Source: Histomonas meleagridis 2922-C6/04-290x
Taxonomy: Eukaryota; Protista; Parabasalia
Assembly: GCA_020184695.1 (NCBI GenBank)
Contig: JAANOX010000256.1
Location: forward strand, 124,001 to 188,000
Direction: 5' to 3'
Length of the DNA: 64,000 nucleotides
Shown in pieces: positions 1 to 12,949 of the stretch (positions are counted from its first letter, which is position 1; each line of letters opens with the position of its first letter). The notes beneath the pieces were generated by a model. That model worked only from the letters and a program-made list of their open reading frames with translations. It was not told the origin of the DNA and did not search any database. A program made the position numbers and the translations under genes.

Positions 1-1229
1 AATAATATAATAAGTAATGAAATTATAATAATAACAGCAACAATAACACAAACGATTATTATGATAATTGTTGTTTTATTATCATTTGTTTGAAATTCAT
101 TGTTATAAATAAATGTAAAGAAGTTCGAAAAATAAATATAATAAGTTGAATAAATAATAACTGTGTAATCATAATATATAAATTCTGTTTCAATATAAAC
201 ATTTGATGAATTAATTGTATATAGTGAAAGTGATTTTGTTTGTATTTCATAATAAGTGAATGAATATGTAAATGATAATGTGACTGTTAACAGATATGAA
301 AAAGATTTCTTTAAATCATTTTGAAATGATTCGGTAAATGTATTTGATTTTGCAAATGTATCAATACTGAATGCATGCGATTGAGAATATGTCTTTGACT
401 GAGAATATGTGTTACTTTGACTGAATGTGTTTGACTGAGAATATGTGTTGCTACAACTGAATGTATGTGATGATGAAAATGAAAGTGTTGGAATTGCTTT
501 GCAGTTTCCTTCTGCTGATTTGTCATTGACTGATAATGTTCCAAATGTCTTAGCGATATATGTTGCATATGTTATAACTGTTGTTGTAACATTATAAAAT
601 GCATTTTCTTCAATATTCGGTTCGTTAGTTCCATAATAATAAATACATTCAAGTGCATTACAATTACCAAATGCTGAAACTCCAATTTCTGTTATTCCAT
701 ACCCAAGTGTTAATATCATTAAATTAGAACAGAATGAAAACGCATAACCGCCAATGTTTGTGACTGAATTTGGAATTGTAATGTTTTTGATTGATGAACA
801 TGATGAAAATGCTGAATCACCAATACCTGATATAGAATTACCAAAATTAACGGAAATAACTGATGACCATCCTGAAAATGCACCAATTGGAATTAGATAA
901 ATTCCTTCACTAATATATATAAATTTCGTGTTGTCTTTATATTGTTCAATTTCTTCAAAATCACTTGAATTTGTTATTGTTAATGTTAAATTATGATCAT
1001 AAAATAATTGAAAAGAATTTATGAAAAATATAACAAAAATTAAAACATTTTTATGTTTTTTCTTTTCGTTTGTTTTCAATTCGTAGTTGGTCAATAAAAA
1101 TTTCTGTAGAAAAAGTGGTTTTTTCTGAAAAAAATTGATATAAACCACCACAATCATCATTGAAAAAATAGCGGTTAAACGAACGTAAGCATTGAATTTA
1201 AATGGTCGGTCTTTTTTATCGTTTTGCAT
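1..1229 (-). CDS. BspA-like LRR_5 surface protein, copy B' (3' end runs off the window start)
   Basis: Manual translation gives an open minus-strand frame from ATG 1229 (or 1160) to the window edge: TpLRR units (IGDSAFSSCSSIKNITIPNSV), a Ser/Thr stalk and the start of a TM helix. It is the inverted counterpart of 60387-61889. A 2-nt insertion relative to the right copy at about positions 5-10 may shift the tail. Confidence 0.75.
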   Translation of the reverse strand, partial: MQNDKKDRPFKFNAYVRLTAIFSMMIVVVYINFFQKKPLFLQKFLLTNYELKTNEKKKHKNVLIFVIFFINSFQLFYDHNLTLTITNSSDFEEIEQYKDNTKFIYISEGIYLIPIGAFSGWSSVISVNFGNSISGIGDSAFSSCSSIKNITIPNSVTNIGGYAFSFCSNLMILTLGYGITEIGVSAFGNCNALECIYYYGTNEPNIEENAFYNVTTTVITYATYIAKTFGTLSVNDKSAEGNCKAIPTLSFSSSHTFSCSNTYSQSNTFSQSNTYSQSKTYSQSHAFSIDTFAKSNTFTESFQNDLKKSFSYLLTVTLSFTYSFTYYEIQTKSLSLYTINSSNVYIETEFIYYDYTVIIYSTYYIYFSNFFTFIYNNEFQTNDNKTTIIIIIVCVIVAVIIIISLLIIL

Positions 1230-2119
1230 CAACGAAAAACAAAGAAATTTACTCCGGATCAAAGATATATTCTCGTAACACATTTTAGTGGTTTGCTTTG
1301 ACATATTGTCTTCAATAAGCATACTGGTTAAAAAGGATTTATTTTGGGTAATTGTAAAATATGATACTGATAATTTTATTTTGTTATTAAATATTTGAAG
1401 CATAACTAATGTATGGTCTATTTCAGTCAAGAAATATAAAAACAAACTGGTTTTAAAGAAAATAGAATTGTTGCTAAATATATCAAAATTCTGGTTATGA
1501 ATTTCAAAGACTCGATCTTCTACATTGCACCCATGAATGATTCCTTCTTCGCTGAGGTTCTTTTTCATATTTGATATTTTTATAGTTGTAAGAAATGGGA
1601 TTTCTGGTATTGTAACGGTCGTAAATTGCTTTGTTATGCCCGAAATGAGCATCATTTGAAGAATTTTCATGCTTCAAGATCTAATATAGTTCAAGGCCTT
1701 TACTAAATACACATCGGCTAATACAAAAGTTAAAAACCACACGGTTATCAAGTAAAAAATTTGTTGTTTTCTTGAAGTTTTTCAATTTAACCTAAAATTC
1801 GTTTGTTTCAATATTTAAGGACACACAGAAAAGCTGTAATAAATGATTTTAAAGCACTTTTAAATAATATAATGAATGAATGCATGTGATAGAGCTGAAT
1901 TTGCTGATCAAAATGATATATATTTGTTTTTGGTAATCATTCCGCTTTATGTCTCGTTTGAGATATAACTTATATATGTATAACAATTTAAACAATGTTA
2001 AAAATATGAAGTATATAATAATAGTGTAATCATAATATATAAAATTGTTTTTCAAGATATGAAATCGTTGAATTATTGATATATAATGAAAATGATTTTT
2101 GTTTGTGTTTAACAAACAG

Positions 2120-2760
2120 TTTATGATTTGTTATCGATAAAGAAAGTGTTAATATGTAAGAAAAAGTTAAAGTTAAATCCCTTTGAAGTGCTTTTTTGTA
2201 TATGTATTTGATTTAGTGAATGTATGTGTTTGTATAAATGATTTGGATCTTGTGAACATATCTGAATTCGACAATGTATTCGATTTTTGTAAATGGATGA
2301 GTTGAAATTGGTGAACAAACACCACCATTATATTCGTTATTCACCGGAAATGGTCCAAATGTCTTTGTGTGTGTTGAATATGTAATAATTGATGAAAAAT
2401 GTATTTTCACTAATATATGGTTTCTGATTTGCCATAATAATAAAATGATCGAAGGCTGTTCAATTAGAAAATGAATATTTTCAAATTCTTATTTGTTGTG
2501 TCAAAATTTTTTTAATGTCGTTAAATGATAGCAAATAGAAAATGCTGCTTCTCCAATGTTTTGCATCAAACTTGGAAGTGTGATGGTTGAATGAAAATGC
2601 TAAATTACTAATTGTCGTATTATTTTCACCATATTCGGTAGTGATAAAAATACAGAATTTGATATGATTTACAGAGTTTCCAAAAGTAACATAAGAAACA
2701 GATTACCATTAGTTGAGAGTAACAAATTGTTAATCGATTAATATTTCTCATTGCGAATCA
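2120..2760 (-). pseudogene. Decayed BspA-like fragment between the two BspA copies
   Basis: Broken frames encode an LRR remnant and a stalk (FGPFPVNNEYNGGVCSPISTHPFTK). Mirrors ~58760-59560. Confidence 0.5.
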
Positions 2761-2824
2761 TTTCATAGTTTTTAAATAAATTAAAAATATATCAATTAAA
2801 AATATATTTTTATTTTACATTAAA

Positions 2825-4325
2825 TCACAGCCAATTGTCTTCATCTTCTTTAACAATATCTTCATCTAATATATTGACATCTTCCTTTTGATTTAAACTT
2901 GATGTAGTTGAATCCTTAAATTGTAACTTTGAAGTCGATTTCCCTTTTTTGTTTTTACTTTTGATTAAGAACATAACAATTCCAACAATTATTAACACAA
3001 ATGCAACTGATCCGCAAACAATTCCAATCAATGCATTCGTTGTAAGTCCATTCGTATGTAAAATGTTCGTGCGAAACATTGTAATGAAATTTGAATAATA
3101 ATTAAAATGTGTCGAATACATAAAATGTATATGAAAACGAAAATGTAAAATCACTTTGTAACGATTCAGTAAATGTATTTGACTGAGAATATGTGTTACT
3201 TCGACTGAATGTATGTGATGATGAAAATGAAAGTGTTGGAATTGCTTTGCAGTTTCCTTCTGCTGATTTGTCATTGACTGATAATGTTCCAAATGTCTTA
3301 GCGATATATGTTGCATATGTTATAACTGTTGTTGTAACATTATAAAATGCATTTTCTTCAATATTCGGTTCGTTAGTTCCATAATAATAAATACATTCAA
3401 GTGCATTACAATTACCAAATGCTGAAACTCCAATTTCTGTTATTCCATACCCAAGTGTTAATATCATTAAATTAGAACAGAATGAAAACGCATAACCGCC
3501 AATGTTTGTGACTGAATTTGGAATTGTAATGTTTTTGATTGATGAACATGATGAAAATGCTGAATCACCAATACCTGATATAGAATTACCAAAATTAACG
3601 GAAATAACTGATGACCATCCTGAAAATGCACCAATTGGAATTAGATAAATTCCTTCACTAATATATATAAATTTCGTGTTGTCTTTATATTGTTCAATTT
3701 CTTCAAAATCACTTGAATTTGTTATTGTTAATGTTAAATTATGATCATAAAATAATTGAAAAGAATTTATGAAAAATATAACAAAAATTAAAACATTTTT
3801 ATGTTTTCTATTTTCGTTTGTTTTCAATTTGTTAAATAAAAATTTAATTTCATAAAACGATAAAAATCCCAAAATAAAAAAGTAACGCATTAGAGCTTGA
3901 ACATTTTCATTGAATTTGAACATTTTCTTTATGAAACTATTATTCATTGGCATTGCTAAATGTGCTTTCAATGAAAAATGATTAAGTACTAAAGAAAAGA
4001 ATTTGAGATAATGTTTAACATATGAAATTGGTGATTCTAATAAAGGGAAATGCCAATGATATTTTCCTGCACTGATATTAAATGGATCGGATTCATTATC
4101 TTTTAGCATAATAAAATTTGTTCCTTTAATGGATACATTCGCTTTGTCACGAGGCGAGAATATAAAGTATTTATCCCCTTTGGATTCTGAAGTAAGGGAA
4201 ATGGAGTGTTTAAAAGTTTGAGAAATAGATAATTGATTACTAAAAATCTTTGAACCTGAATTTTGTTGAGAGTTTCGTAATAAGCAAAAGAAATGCATAG
4301 GGAAAGCCAAGAAGAAAACACACAT
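2825..4325 (-). pseudogene. BspA-like LRR surface protein, copy A', with the LRR ORF (3102-4325) frameshifted from its TM/tail (2825-~3130)
   Basis: ORF 3102..4325 has TpLRR repeats. The TM helix (LIGIVCGSVAFVLIIVGIVMFLI) and acidic tail lie in another frame. The N-terminal ~140 aa of the ORF are probably not real. Confidence 0.75.
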
Positions 4326-5103
4326 CCGTGTGAAAACTTGAGAAACTTATTGATAAATCAGTCAAAAACGATACAGAGAGCTTCAACCGCTTCGCCTTTT
4401 CGTCGTTTCGTTGGCTCAACTTTTGCTGATACGTGTTTTATTGTTTTTGCAATCGGAAGATGTTCACAAAGCTGAAACGCAATGTTTTTTTTATGAAAAG
4501 TGACATAGGATACAGAATTAAATTGTATATTAATTCTGTTAGAAAATTAAAGAAACAAGATGACATCTTTTGTCATCAAGCAAACATCGAACACCTTTGA
4601 ATTACAAACGCTCAAAAAGTTTGTTTCTATACAATTAACAAGGATTCTAATCGGCACATTGAATTTTGAATGCGCTGTTTCTCAGGGACTTTCAAATATA
4701 AAGGTGAAAAACGGTTTTAAAAAAATGATTGCTATTTACACTAAGCCACACTCATTTGTTTGATATGTAATTGTATTCATGTTTCTAAGCTCGCTCACTA
4801 ATCACCAACGTTTATATTGAATTTATTTATCATAATGCTATTTAAATTTGCCTCAACATTATGTATATTTTGTTTCTTGAATTATATAAGATTTTTGGTT
4901 GTTGTGATTTTACACTCTGTGGTTTTAAATAAAACGGGGTTATTTTTTCTCAGAAGTCATTATAATATTGTATCTGTTCGAACGCTTATTGGAAAAATGC
5001 TAATGCAGAAAGAGAGATGAATATGCGTTGAAACGTTAGTGAAATTCAAAAAAGTGATCAACGATAGACATTGAACGTTTACCTTATCGGCGGTTTTGGT
5101 CGT

Positions 5104-5108
5104 CCTTT
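5104..5108 (+). promoter_or_regulatory. CCTTT (M5-like) core promoter motif upstream of the ribosomal protein gene
   Basis: CCTTT lies 8 nt upstream of the ATG at 5116. This motif is known upstream of Trichomonas ribosomal protein genes. Confidence 0.45.
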
Positions 5109-5115
5109 CCAGCTA

Positions 5116-5688
5116 ATGACAAGCCACAACTTCGGCCGTACTTTCAAGAAGCCAATGCGTCCATATGAAAAAGAACGTATTCACCGCGAACTTAAGGTTG
5201 TCGGTGAGTACGGTCTTAAGAACAAGCGTGAACTTTGGAGGGTTAATTATACACTTGCAAAAATCCGTAAAGCTGCTCGTAACCTTCTTATGCTTCCAGA
5301 AAATGACACAAAGCGTATCTTTGAAGGTGCAGCTCTCCTTCGTCGTCTTACACGTCTTGGTGTTCTCGATGAAACAAAGCAGAAACTCGATTATGTCCTT
5401 TCACTTACTCCAAATGATCTTCTTGATCGCCGTCTCCAAACACAAGTACACAAAGCAGCTCTTGCAAAATCCATCCATCATGCTCGTACACTTATTAACC
5501 ACCGCCATATCGCTGTTGAAAACCAACTCGTCAATCAACCACAATTCCTCGTATGGAAAGAATCCGAGCGTAACATTCGTTATGCCGATAATTCTGTCAT
5601 GACAACAGAAAAGGCCGGACGTAAGAGGAGAATGAGGGCTAAGGATGCTGCAAAGAAACAAGGAAAGGGTGATGATTTCTCTGAGTAA
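5116..5688 (+). CDS. RPS9: 40S ribosomal protein S9 (uS4)
   Basis: [36 protein letters not shown] ... LDRRLQTQV ... AKSIHHAR is a classic eukaryotic S9/S4 sequence. First ATG is at 5116. Confidence 0.97.
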   Translation: MTSHNFGRTFKKPMRPYEKERIHRELKVVGEYGLKNKRELWRVNYTLAKIRKAARNLLMLPENDTKRIFEGAALLRRLTRLGVLDETKQKLDYVLSLTPNDLLDRRLQTQVHKAALAKSIHHARTLINHRHIAVENQLVNQPQFLVWKESERNIRYADNSVMTTEKAGRKRRMRAKDAAKKQGKGDDFSE

Positions 5689-6015
5689 AAAAATTTTTAA
5701 CAATATTATTTTTTCAAAATGTAATAAAAACATTGATTCATCTTACCTTGTTTAAGTTTATGAAAGAAAGAAAAATTATGCCCTATATATAAACAATATT
5801 TCTCAACAAATGTGTGACAACACTACAAGATGAAATATACGATAGAACTTTTTGAGCTTTGAAAATTTTCAATTCCATGAAATTTGATCGTTGTTGAAGT
5901 GATTTTTGAGCTGTTAATGGATGAATATCCGTAAAGTACTCAAATAATCAAAAAATTTCAATACTAAATTTTCTCAATTTTTGTCACCTAACGGCTGAAA
6001 TCGATGAAGAATTCT

Positions 6016-6021
6016 TCACTT
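6016..6021 (+). promoter_or_regulatory. Initiator (Inr)-like TCACTT
   Basis: Matches the trichomonad Inr TCA(T/C)T(T/A) and sits immediately upstream of ATG 6023. Confidence 0.5.
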
Positions 6022-6022
6022 T

Positions 6023-6961
6023 ATGGAAGCGGACCAAATCCTTGTTGCTACATCTCCAGCCCCAAAGGTTGAACTTGGAAAAATAGAAAAGCTTTCTGTT
6101 GGGTTTATTGCAGGTACCCTATCAAGAACAATAACTTCTCCACTTGATGTTGTCAAAATGCTCATGCAAGTATCTTCTAAAGGCGGAAATGTAAAAGATA
6201 TTCTTGCAAAACTTTGGGAAGAAGATGGAATTGCGGGATTCTGGAGAGGCAACACTGCTGCATGCATTCGTCTCGGCCCTCAATCTGCAATCAAATTCTA
6301 TGCATTTGGAGAAATCCAAAAGAAAATTGGTGGTGGTAAGCCACTAACAGGATTCCAAAGGACAATAGCTGGAGCAGCAGCAGGTACTATCAGTCAAGTC
6401 CTTACATATCCACTTGATGTTGCTCGTACTCGCATTACTGTCGATCCTAAGAAGTACAATGGCATATTCAGTACTCTTGCCACTATTATCAAAGAGGAAG
6501 GTGTTACTTCACTTTATTCGGGAATAGTACCTACAGTAATGGGCGTTATCCCATATGAAGGCGCACAGTTTTATGCATATGGAGGACTTAAAAACTTCTA
6601 CGCAACAAAGATAGCACCAGGAAAACCAATTAGTCCATTTGCAAATTGTCTCATTGGTGCAACTGCAGGAATGTTCTCACAAACATTCTCTTATCCATTT
6701 GATGTAGTACGCAAGCGCTTGATGCTACGTGATGCAAATAACAAGCCAATTTATAATGGAATGTTTGATGCATTCGCAAAGATCATTAAGGAAGAAGGCC
6801 CAGTCGGTCTTTATCGCGGAGTTGGTCTTAACCTTGTTAAGGTTGTTCCATTTGCTGCTCTTCAATTCACACTTGTTGATGAAGTGACAAAAGCTTTGTA
6901 CCGTGTAAAGGAGCAGAAATCTCAAAAAGCCCCACAAAAAAAGCAACAATCAAAGAAATAA
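6023..6961 (+). CDS. Mitochondrial carrier family protein, Hmp31-like hydrogenosomal ADP/ATP carrier
   Basis: Three PX(D/E)XX(K/R) carrier signatures (PLDVVK, PLDVAR, PFDVVR). The N-terminus closely resembles Trichomonas Hmp31 as I recall it. Confidence 0.9.
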   Translation: MEADQILVATSPAPKVELGKIEKLSVGFIAGTLSRTITSPLDVVKMLMQVSSKGGNVKDILAKLWEEDGIAGFWRGNTAACIRLGPQSAIKFYAFGEIQKKIGGGKPLTGFQRTIAGAAAGTISQVLTYPLDVARTRITVDPKKYNGIFSTLATIIKEEGVTSLYSGIVPTVMGVIPYEGAQFYAYGGLKNFYATKIAPGKPISPFANCLIGATAGMFSQTFSYPFDVVRKRLMLRDANNKPIYNGMFDAFAKIIKEEGPVGLYRGVGLNLVKVVPFAALQFTLVDEVTKALYRVKEQKSQKAPQKKQQSKK

Positions 6962-7232
6962 AAGAACAGCACTGATTCTCTTGGTAAAGTTTTGTGTTTT
7001 TCCAAATGAAAATTTGAATGTTTTATAAAAAGTGCTTTCTTTCATTTTCTTTTCTTTTTCTTGCAGGAAATATAAAATTATTTCGTAAATCTTACAATAA
7101 AAATGAAATAAAATGCACCTATAAGATAATACGTAAGAACATTTTCGCAAAATATGATAAAATCATAAAATTTAATCATGGAAAACGACCGTTTGCACAT
7201 GAAAAGTGACACCATGGCCGACCTTCGATAAA

Positions 7233-7481
7233 ATGGGAGCTGGAACACCATCATTCGGTAAACGTCATAATAAGAGTCACACAATCTGCCGCCGCTGTGG
7301 AAGTCGATCATACCATATACAAAAGGGAAGGTGCGCAAAATGTGGATATCCTGAAGCTTCAATGCGCCATTATAATTGGGCAAAGAAGGCACATGCAAAG
7401 CGCACACAAGGAACTGGCCGCATGTCACACCTTAAGAAGTGCATGAAGAAGCTTCAAGCTATATATGCTCCTAAGAAATAA
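7233..7481 (+). CDS. RPL37: 60S ribosomal protein L37 (eL37)
   Basis: [37 protein letters not shown] zinc-finger signature. ATG at 7233. Confidence 0.96.
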   Translation: MGAGTPSFGKRHNKSHTICRRCGSRSYHIQKGRCAKCGYPEASMRHYNWAKKAHAKRTQGTGRMSHLKKCMKKLQAIYAPKK

Positions 7482-8900
7482 ACATATTTAATGTATTTCT
7501 CAATTTTAGTTTTTTAACGCAAGCAAATCACAAGCATTCTTGGTACATTTTATGGAATATTTATTTTATGTGGTGTTGCAATAATGCTTAAAAATAATAT
7601 TTTATTCACTTGAATATCCAGAATGCATCCAATGATAAAGTGCTTTAGCTATTTCATGGAGGGATTCATCAATTTCATCTGAAGTTATGTTTTCGTTGTG
7701 TGTCTGCAATGCAAAACTGTGAAGGCAGCCCATATACGCGCACAGTTTTTCGCTTTTTTTTCATTCTGTGTTCGGTTTGATCACATTTTTTCCCTGAAAC
7801 CGGTTTGCTTTCCTTGTTATTTAATGATTCTTTTCCTAGGTTCGCCTTTGGAATTGTTGTAGATTGCGAAGCATGTTTCATTTTGTGTTTATTACTAGGT
7901 GTTGCTAGTTTTGGTAAGGAATACGATTGTTGATTTATTCATTGGCAAACTTATAATAAGTTGCCACCCACAAAAAAACGTCCACTTTTTAACACAAAAA
8001 TATCTGATCGTTTTTTAGGCATCGAAGCTGTCCATTGGATGTTAAGAAAATGTCCACTTTTAGCTGTCGGGGGCTAAAAAAATGTCATATTACACCAATA
8101 AAAATTAATAATAAAAAATTAATATTTCGAAAATGTTCTTCAAAATCCGTTGGACCAAATATCGATTCAAAATTTATTTTAATGAAACTAAATGAGCAAT
8201 GTACATTATGCAGTCTACTGTTACAGTTTATGTACTGATTAAATAGGAATATCAATTTATTATTTCGAGCAATTAGGTATAGCCAGAATAAGGCTTAATG
8301 AGGACGGTCCTATATTGGCCAATCTCTCTGGTTCGAATTTATCGTTTTCGCTTTTTTTTTCGAGAAATAGTTTTTTTGTTAAACATTTTTTTACGATGAT
8401 TAATCAAAGAGCAGTCAGATACATTTATTTTAAATTAGAATATAACCATTAAAAAGAGAACAAAATTTGAGCGATAATTGGATACATTAATTTTGTCTTC
8501 GTTTATCTGTCTCGAACTCTTCGATTTTTTTTTATACATGTATATAAATTGTAAAAGAAATATTATTAAACATATTTATAACACTGATCAAAATAATGTA
8601 ATCCACTAAATATAAGAATCAAATTCAGGAAAATATATCAATTTAACATGCATTCATAAATTTGTGATATTTTAAAAATTATTAGAAAAATTTAATTATA
8701 TGTTTATTATCGATTTCCTATATGTTAACATTATTTCTTAAATTAATCAAATATTTTGCCGTACATTTCATTGATCTATATCACAATAAAATACCATTTT
8801 CACTATCTTCTGAGATATTTAACCATTTGGCATAATATTCTACAGATATTTTTGGCGTGAATTTTTGCTCTGCAAGTGCTTATCGTTCTTTAATATTTGC

Positions 8901-9545
8901 TTAATCATCATGTATCACAGTGGTAGTGATATAATTAGCCATTCCTTTTTTCTGGAAGCCAAAATAGGCTTCCACTATATCATTTAATTGAGGACTATAT
9001 GGAACAGTAAAAATTTCATTCAATTTGCTATCCATGATAGCTTTTTGAACATCTTCAGTCCTGTGTATATTACAATTATCACGGATATTACAATACTTGC
9101 CCAAAGAGCTTATAGGCGCAGCGCGAGGATTAATCCTATCGTGTTTCTTGAAGGCGGTGTAAATTTTATAGATTTAATATTTTCAATGTTGTATTAAATA
9201 ATTTAAATATAGATTCATTATAACTTCTGATTGCTCTTTAATTTGAGCATTATAATCATATTGATAATATTTTAAATTATTTAATTTTGCCCATGTTGCA
9301 TCTCTATTTGCTATCCCTATATCACTTAATTTCCATGTCTCATTCGACAAAACTTTTTGTTCGACTTTAATGAAATTGATAAATAATTACCATTCTGGAT
9401 CTGGTGGTCTTCCTATGATTGTTTCAGAAATTCCTCCCCCAGCAATATATTAGATTCCTAATAATGATGTGATTGAATTTTTTACCAAGAATGTCATTTG
9501 AGTAGATTCATGCAACTTGTATTCAAATTTTGATCTAGGATTCAT
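8901..9545 (-). mobile_element. Decayed Tc1/IS630-family (DDE_3) transposase
   Basis: DNCNIH...VPYSPQLN motif in ORF 8901..9104; the upstream frame is interrupted by stops. Confidence 0.7.
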
Positions 9546-9776
9546 TATTACTTTCGATTGATGTAAAATATTAATGTTCTCATTAATAATCGAAAAATAA
9601 TTTTCATTCGATTATTTATATTCACATGATGTATATATTGAAAATGAAGCATTTCAGGTAATCTCTTCTTGTATTTGTATATATTCATTATTGAAATAAT
9701 TAATCAAATTATTGGCATCAAACCGATTGTTATCACATATAATTAAATGATTTGAAACTCTCGTGATCGTTTTCCA

Positions 9777-10620
9777 ATGCCCACTTCCTGGAGAGTTACC
9801 AAAGTGGTAGCAAAAACTACACAACATTTATGTAATTTGTTGTTTGAACTATGGAAATCTTTTGACCAAAACAGATCACATTTTGATGGTTCTTTTTCCT
9901 ATCATTTTGTCGCTGACTTTTGTGATAGAAATGACCTTTCTATTAGTAAAATGCGGAAAAATATAAGGTCTGATTTGAACGAAGATGAAGTTGCTCACTT
10001 TGCAAAACAGTACATGAAAGCTCTATCGAACAAACTTCATGAATATATTTTGAACATGGATGAAACTCCATTGTTGATTTCCTATGGGGCAAATTCAGAG
10101 GCTACACGAAATCAGAGGCAGCTGATTTGTTCCTTACTTGTTGGAAGAAGCAGTAATCCAATCATGGAACTTTGCCGATATCATATCTGATGACGATATT
10201 GAAAATTAAATCGAAAGTTCTGCTGAAGACCAATGATATGAAGTATCTAATAAAGGGGAGTGAAGCAATCAGGTTTTCAGTGTTATTATTGAGGAAATTA
10301 ATGGATTGAAAAGCCAAAACTTCATCATTTGCCATGTCAACGTGCTTTCTAAAGATCAAAATCAAATGAAGAACATCCAGTCCACCGAAGATTTTAATAT
10401 AGCAAATTTCAAAAAAATGATGAACATCGGCCCAAAAATATTGGATTTCGTTTCTGAAAATACCCCAAAAATTTCGAAGTAAAAAATAATAATCGAAACT
10501 TTTTTTGAAAATTGGTAATAACAATATTTGAAATCGAATCGTATTCAAAGGGTTGCAATCTTCAAGGTGTCTTGATGGAAACAATTCTGAACCAACTTAT
10601 GAAGCGATAATTTTCCGAGC
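9777..10620 (+). mobile_element. Decayed pogo/Tc5-like (DDE_1) transposase remnant
   Basis: ILNMDET motif in ORF 9777..10190; the downstream sequence is fragmented. Confidence 0.5.
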
Positions 10621-11020
10621 AATAAATGTGTTAGCATTGAAAAAGTCATAACCGCCACAGAAAAAAAGAAAACTATGGCGATTCCTGTGTATTAATACTC
10701 TGCTTCTAGCTGAAGTTTTTTTATAAGAAAAAAATTCATATCATATTTAAATTTAAACATATTATTGCGAACCATGGGAAATTTGGGTATAATTTCAAGT
10801 AATGAACTAATTTTGAAATTATGGGTTGGTTGACCTTTATATATATATTTTTGAGTTGCCAAATTTAATATTTATGAAAATGAAATGATGAAATTTGTTA
10901 ATATTTTAGTGTCATTATTAGATTAAACATACTAATTTTGGTATGACTGTTAACAATCAGTCTCATATGTCTTTCGTTTTATTGAAATTAATTAGTATAT
11001 TAATTTTAGTGTTTCGATAT

Positions 11021-11165
11021 CATTCAATTAGCCCGTATCGTTGCCCATATCGTTACCAAAGCGGCTGTATTCAAATTCGAATGACAATACGATCAAATAT
11101 CACTCAATTAGCCCATATCATTACCCGAGTTGCCCATATCGTTGCTCAAAACAGTTATATTCAAA
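11021..11165 (+). repeat. Two imperfect ~55-65 bp direct repeats with internal GCCC(A/G)TATCGTT motifs, possibly transposon subterminal repeats
   Basis: CAATTAGCCC...TTGCCCATATCGTT...TATTCAAA occurs at 11021-11075 and 11101-11165. Confidence 0.65.
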
Positions 11166-11555
11166 AAATTATGAACGATATGGGTGAAACCGCTTCATTT
11201 AATTGTCGCTAATAATATCCATATTCATGGTATATTAAAAAAATTATATCAAAAAATATTTATTTTTGAAAACAAATCTGGCCAGAATAAGTTAACTGAA
11301 GTTATTTTATTATCGATATTAAGTATTAAATTACTTATAGAGCTGGGTTCTCATTATCTTATAAAAATCGGGAAAAACTAGCATCATTATATAAAAATAA
11401 TGAAATTTGAATTTGCTGTGTACCTTATGTGTTGTTATTAATACTATTTATATTATTGATAGTTGAAACTTTAGGACACCTATTGATTCTGATTTTTGCT
11501 ATATAATTTGAATTTTTAATAATTTCTGGTATAAAATACTTTTTAATACTATTTA

Positions 11556-12856
11556 TGAAATGTACATAAAGTCCTGACCCTCCCCCCCATTATATTATAG
11601 GCTGTTATAAGTTTATATATAAATATTCATATAATTTTAAAATATATTTATCGAAGATTTTATGAGTGTGGTTTATGCAATTGATTAATTAATTGCATAT
11701 AGAGAAAAATTAAATTTAAATTTTGGTGACGTATAAAATTTGAGAAGAACCGTCACTCTTTTTTAATGCATGTCGTCGAACAAAGATTCATCATTAAATT
11801 TCCCTTCCTCTCAAGAAAAAGTTACAAATCCTTATACAGTGAAATGTTCGCTGTCTTGGGAAATAATACAATTCATATAAGTACCATCAAAAGATGGTGT
11901 AGAAAATTCGTAAATGATGACTTTTTATGTTTTGATGGGGAACGTACTGGGAGACCCCCATCTGATCTTATTCATCCAATTTCAAAAATTCTTCAAAAGC
12001 AACCATTTATTTCAGCTCGCTTAATTGCAAAACAATTATTAATGACTCCAAATACTGTATTAAAAGTTTATAATAAGGAGATGTGGTGAAGCTTTTCACT
12101 AGGAAATGAGTTCTTCATGATTTGATGGAATAACAAAAATTGAAAAAAGTCGATATGTCATAATCAATTTTGAACATATTAAATATAGCGGGAAAAAAAA
12201 ATTTTAGTAAAATAATGACAGGGGATGAGTCATGGTTTTATTTTATATATCAAAGTTCTTATATGTAAGCAGCTTCACGTAATGAGATGCCAATACGTAT
12301 TCAAAAGAAAATTTCCAGTGAAAAAATCATGTTGACAATGTTCTTTAATGGAAATTATTTATTATGCATTGATTTTCTTCCAAAAAATATAATATATGCT
12401 ATTTCATCGATAATATTATTGAAAAAATAATTAAAAATACGAATGAGGATAAGAATCAATTGAAATTAAATCAAATGATGATTCATATGGACAATTGTAA
12501 AGTTCACAAAAAAAATTCAGTTCAACGAAAACTAAACAAAATGTAGCTTAAATCCATTTTTCACCCATCCTATTCTGCCGACATCATCCCGTGCGACTTT
12601 TGGTTATTTGGTTACTTAAAAAAATATTTGGAGGATAAAAAGATAAAATCGAAACATCAATTAAAAACCCAAATTTTAATGGAATGGGAACACGTCACTT
12701 TTGAAGAGCTTCAAAGTGTGTTCTTGGAATGGATCAAAAGATTGAAGTAAATAATAAAAAACAATGGATAATACAATATCACATAAATAAACAAGAACAT
12801 CTAAAATTGTTTATTTATTGAGAGAGGAGGGGGGTCAGGACTTTTTGAACACCCTA
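11556..12856 (+). mobile_element. Mariner (DD34D-type) element, ~1.3 kb, non-autonomous (transposase pseudogene)
   Basis: HTH region (KRWCRKF..DGERTGRP), then TGDESW, MDNCKVH and HPSYSADIIPCDFWLFG motifs split by stops and frameshifts. Inverted terminal core AAAGTCCTGACCC at 11568-11580 and 12832-12844; TA flanks both ends. Confidence 0.88.
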
Positions 12857-12949
12857 TAAAATTATTCCAGTTTCAAAACATAATAACATAGATGTCATTG
12901 TATCATAAGTTTATAAATATATCACACCACTTTTTATAGTTTTTTCTAA

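Larger units (their letters stand above)
1..5005 (-). repeat. Left arm of a ~5 kb inverted segmental duplication (partner ~56205-61720)
   Basis: Long runs of near-identity with the reverse complement of the right arm; e.g. ORF 4560..4763(+) matches 56440..56643(-), and the tail of 2825..3316(-) matches 58269..58688(+). Similarity fades near 5005/56205. Confidence 0.92.

Noticed and set aside
7500-7960. Fragmented minus-strand ORF around 7675-7881
   Set aside because: No recognisable domain and multiple frame breaks.
8282-11291. 11-bp direct repeat GCCAGAATAAG as a target-site duplication
   Set aside because: No adjacent element ends, and such a match can occur by chance in 64 kb.
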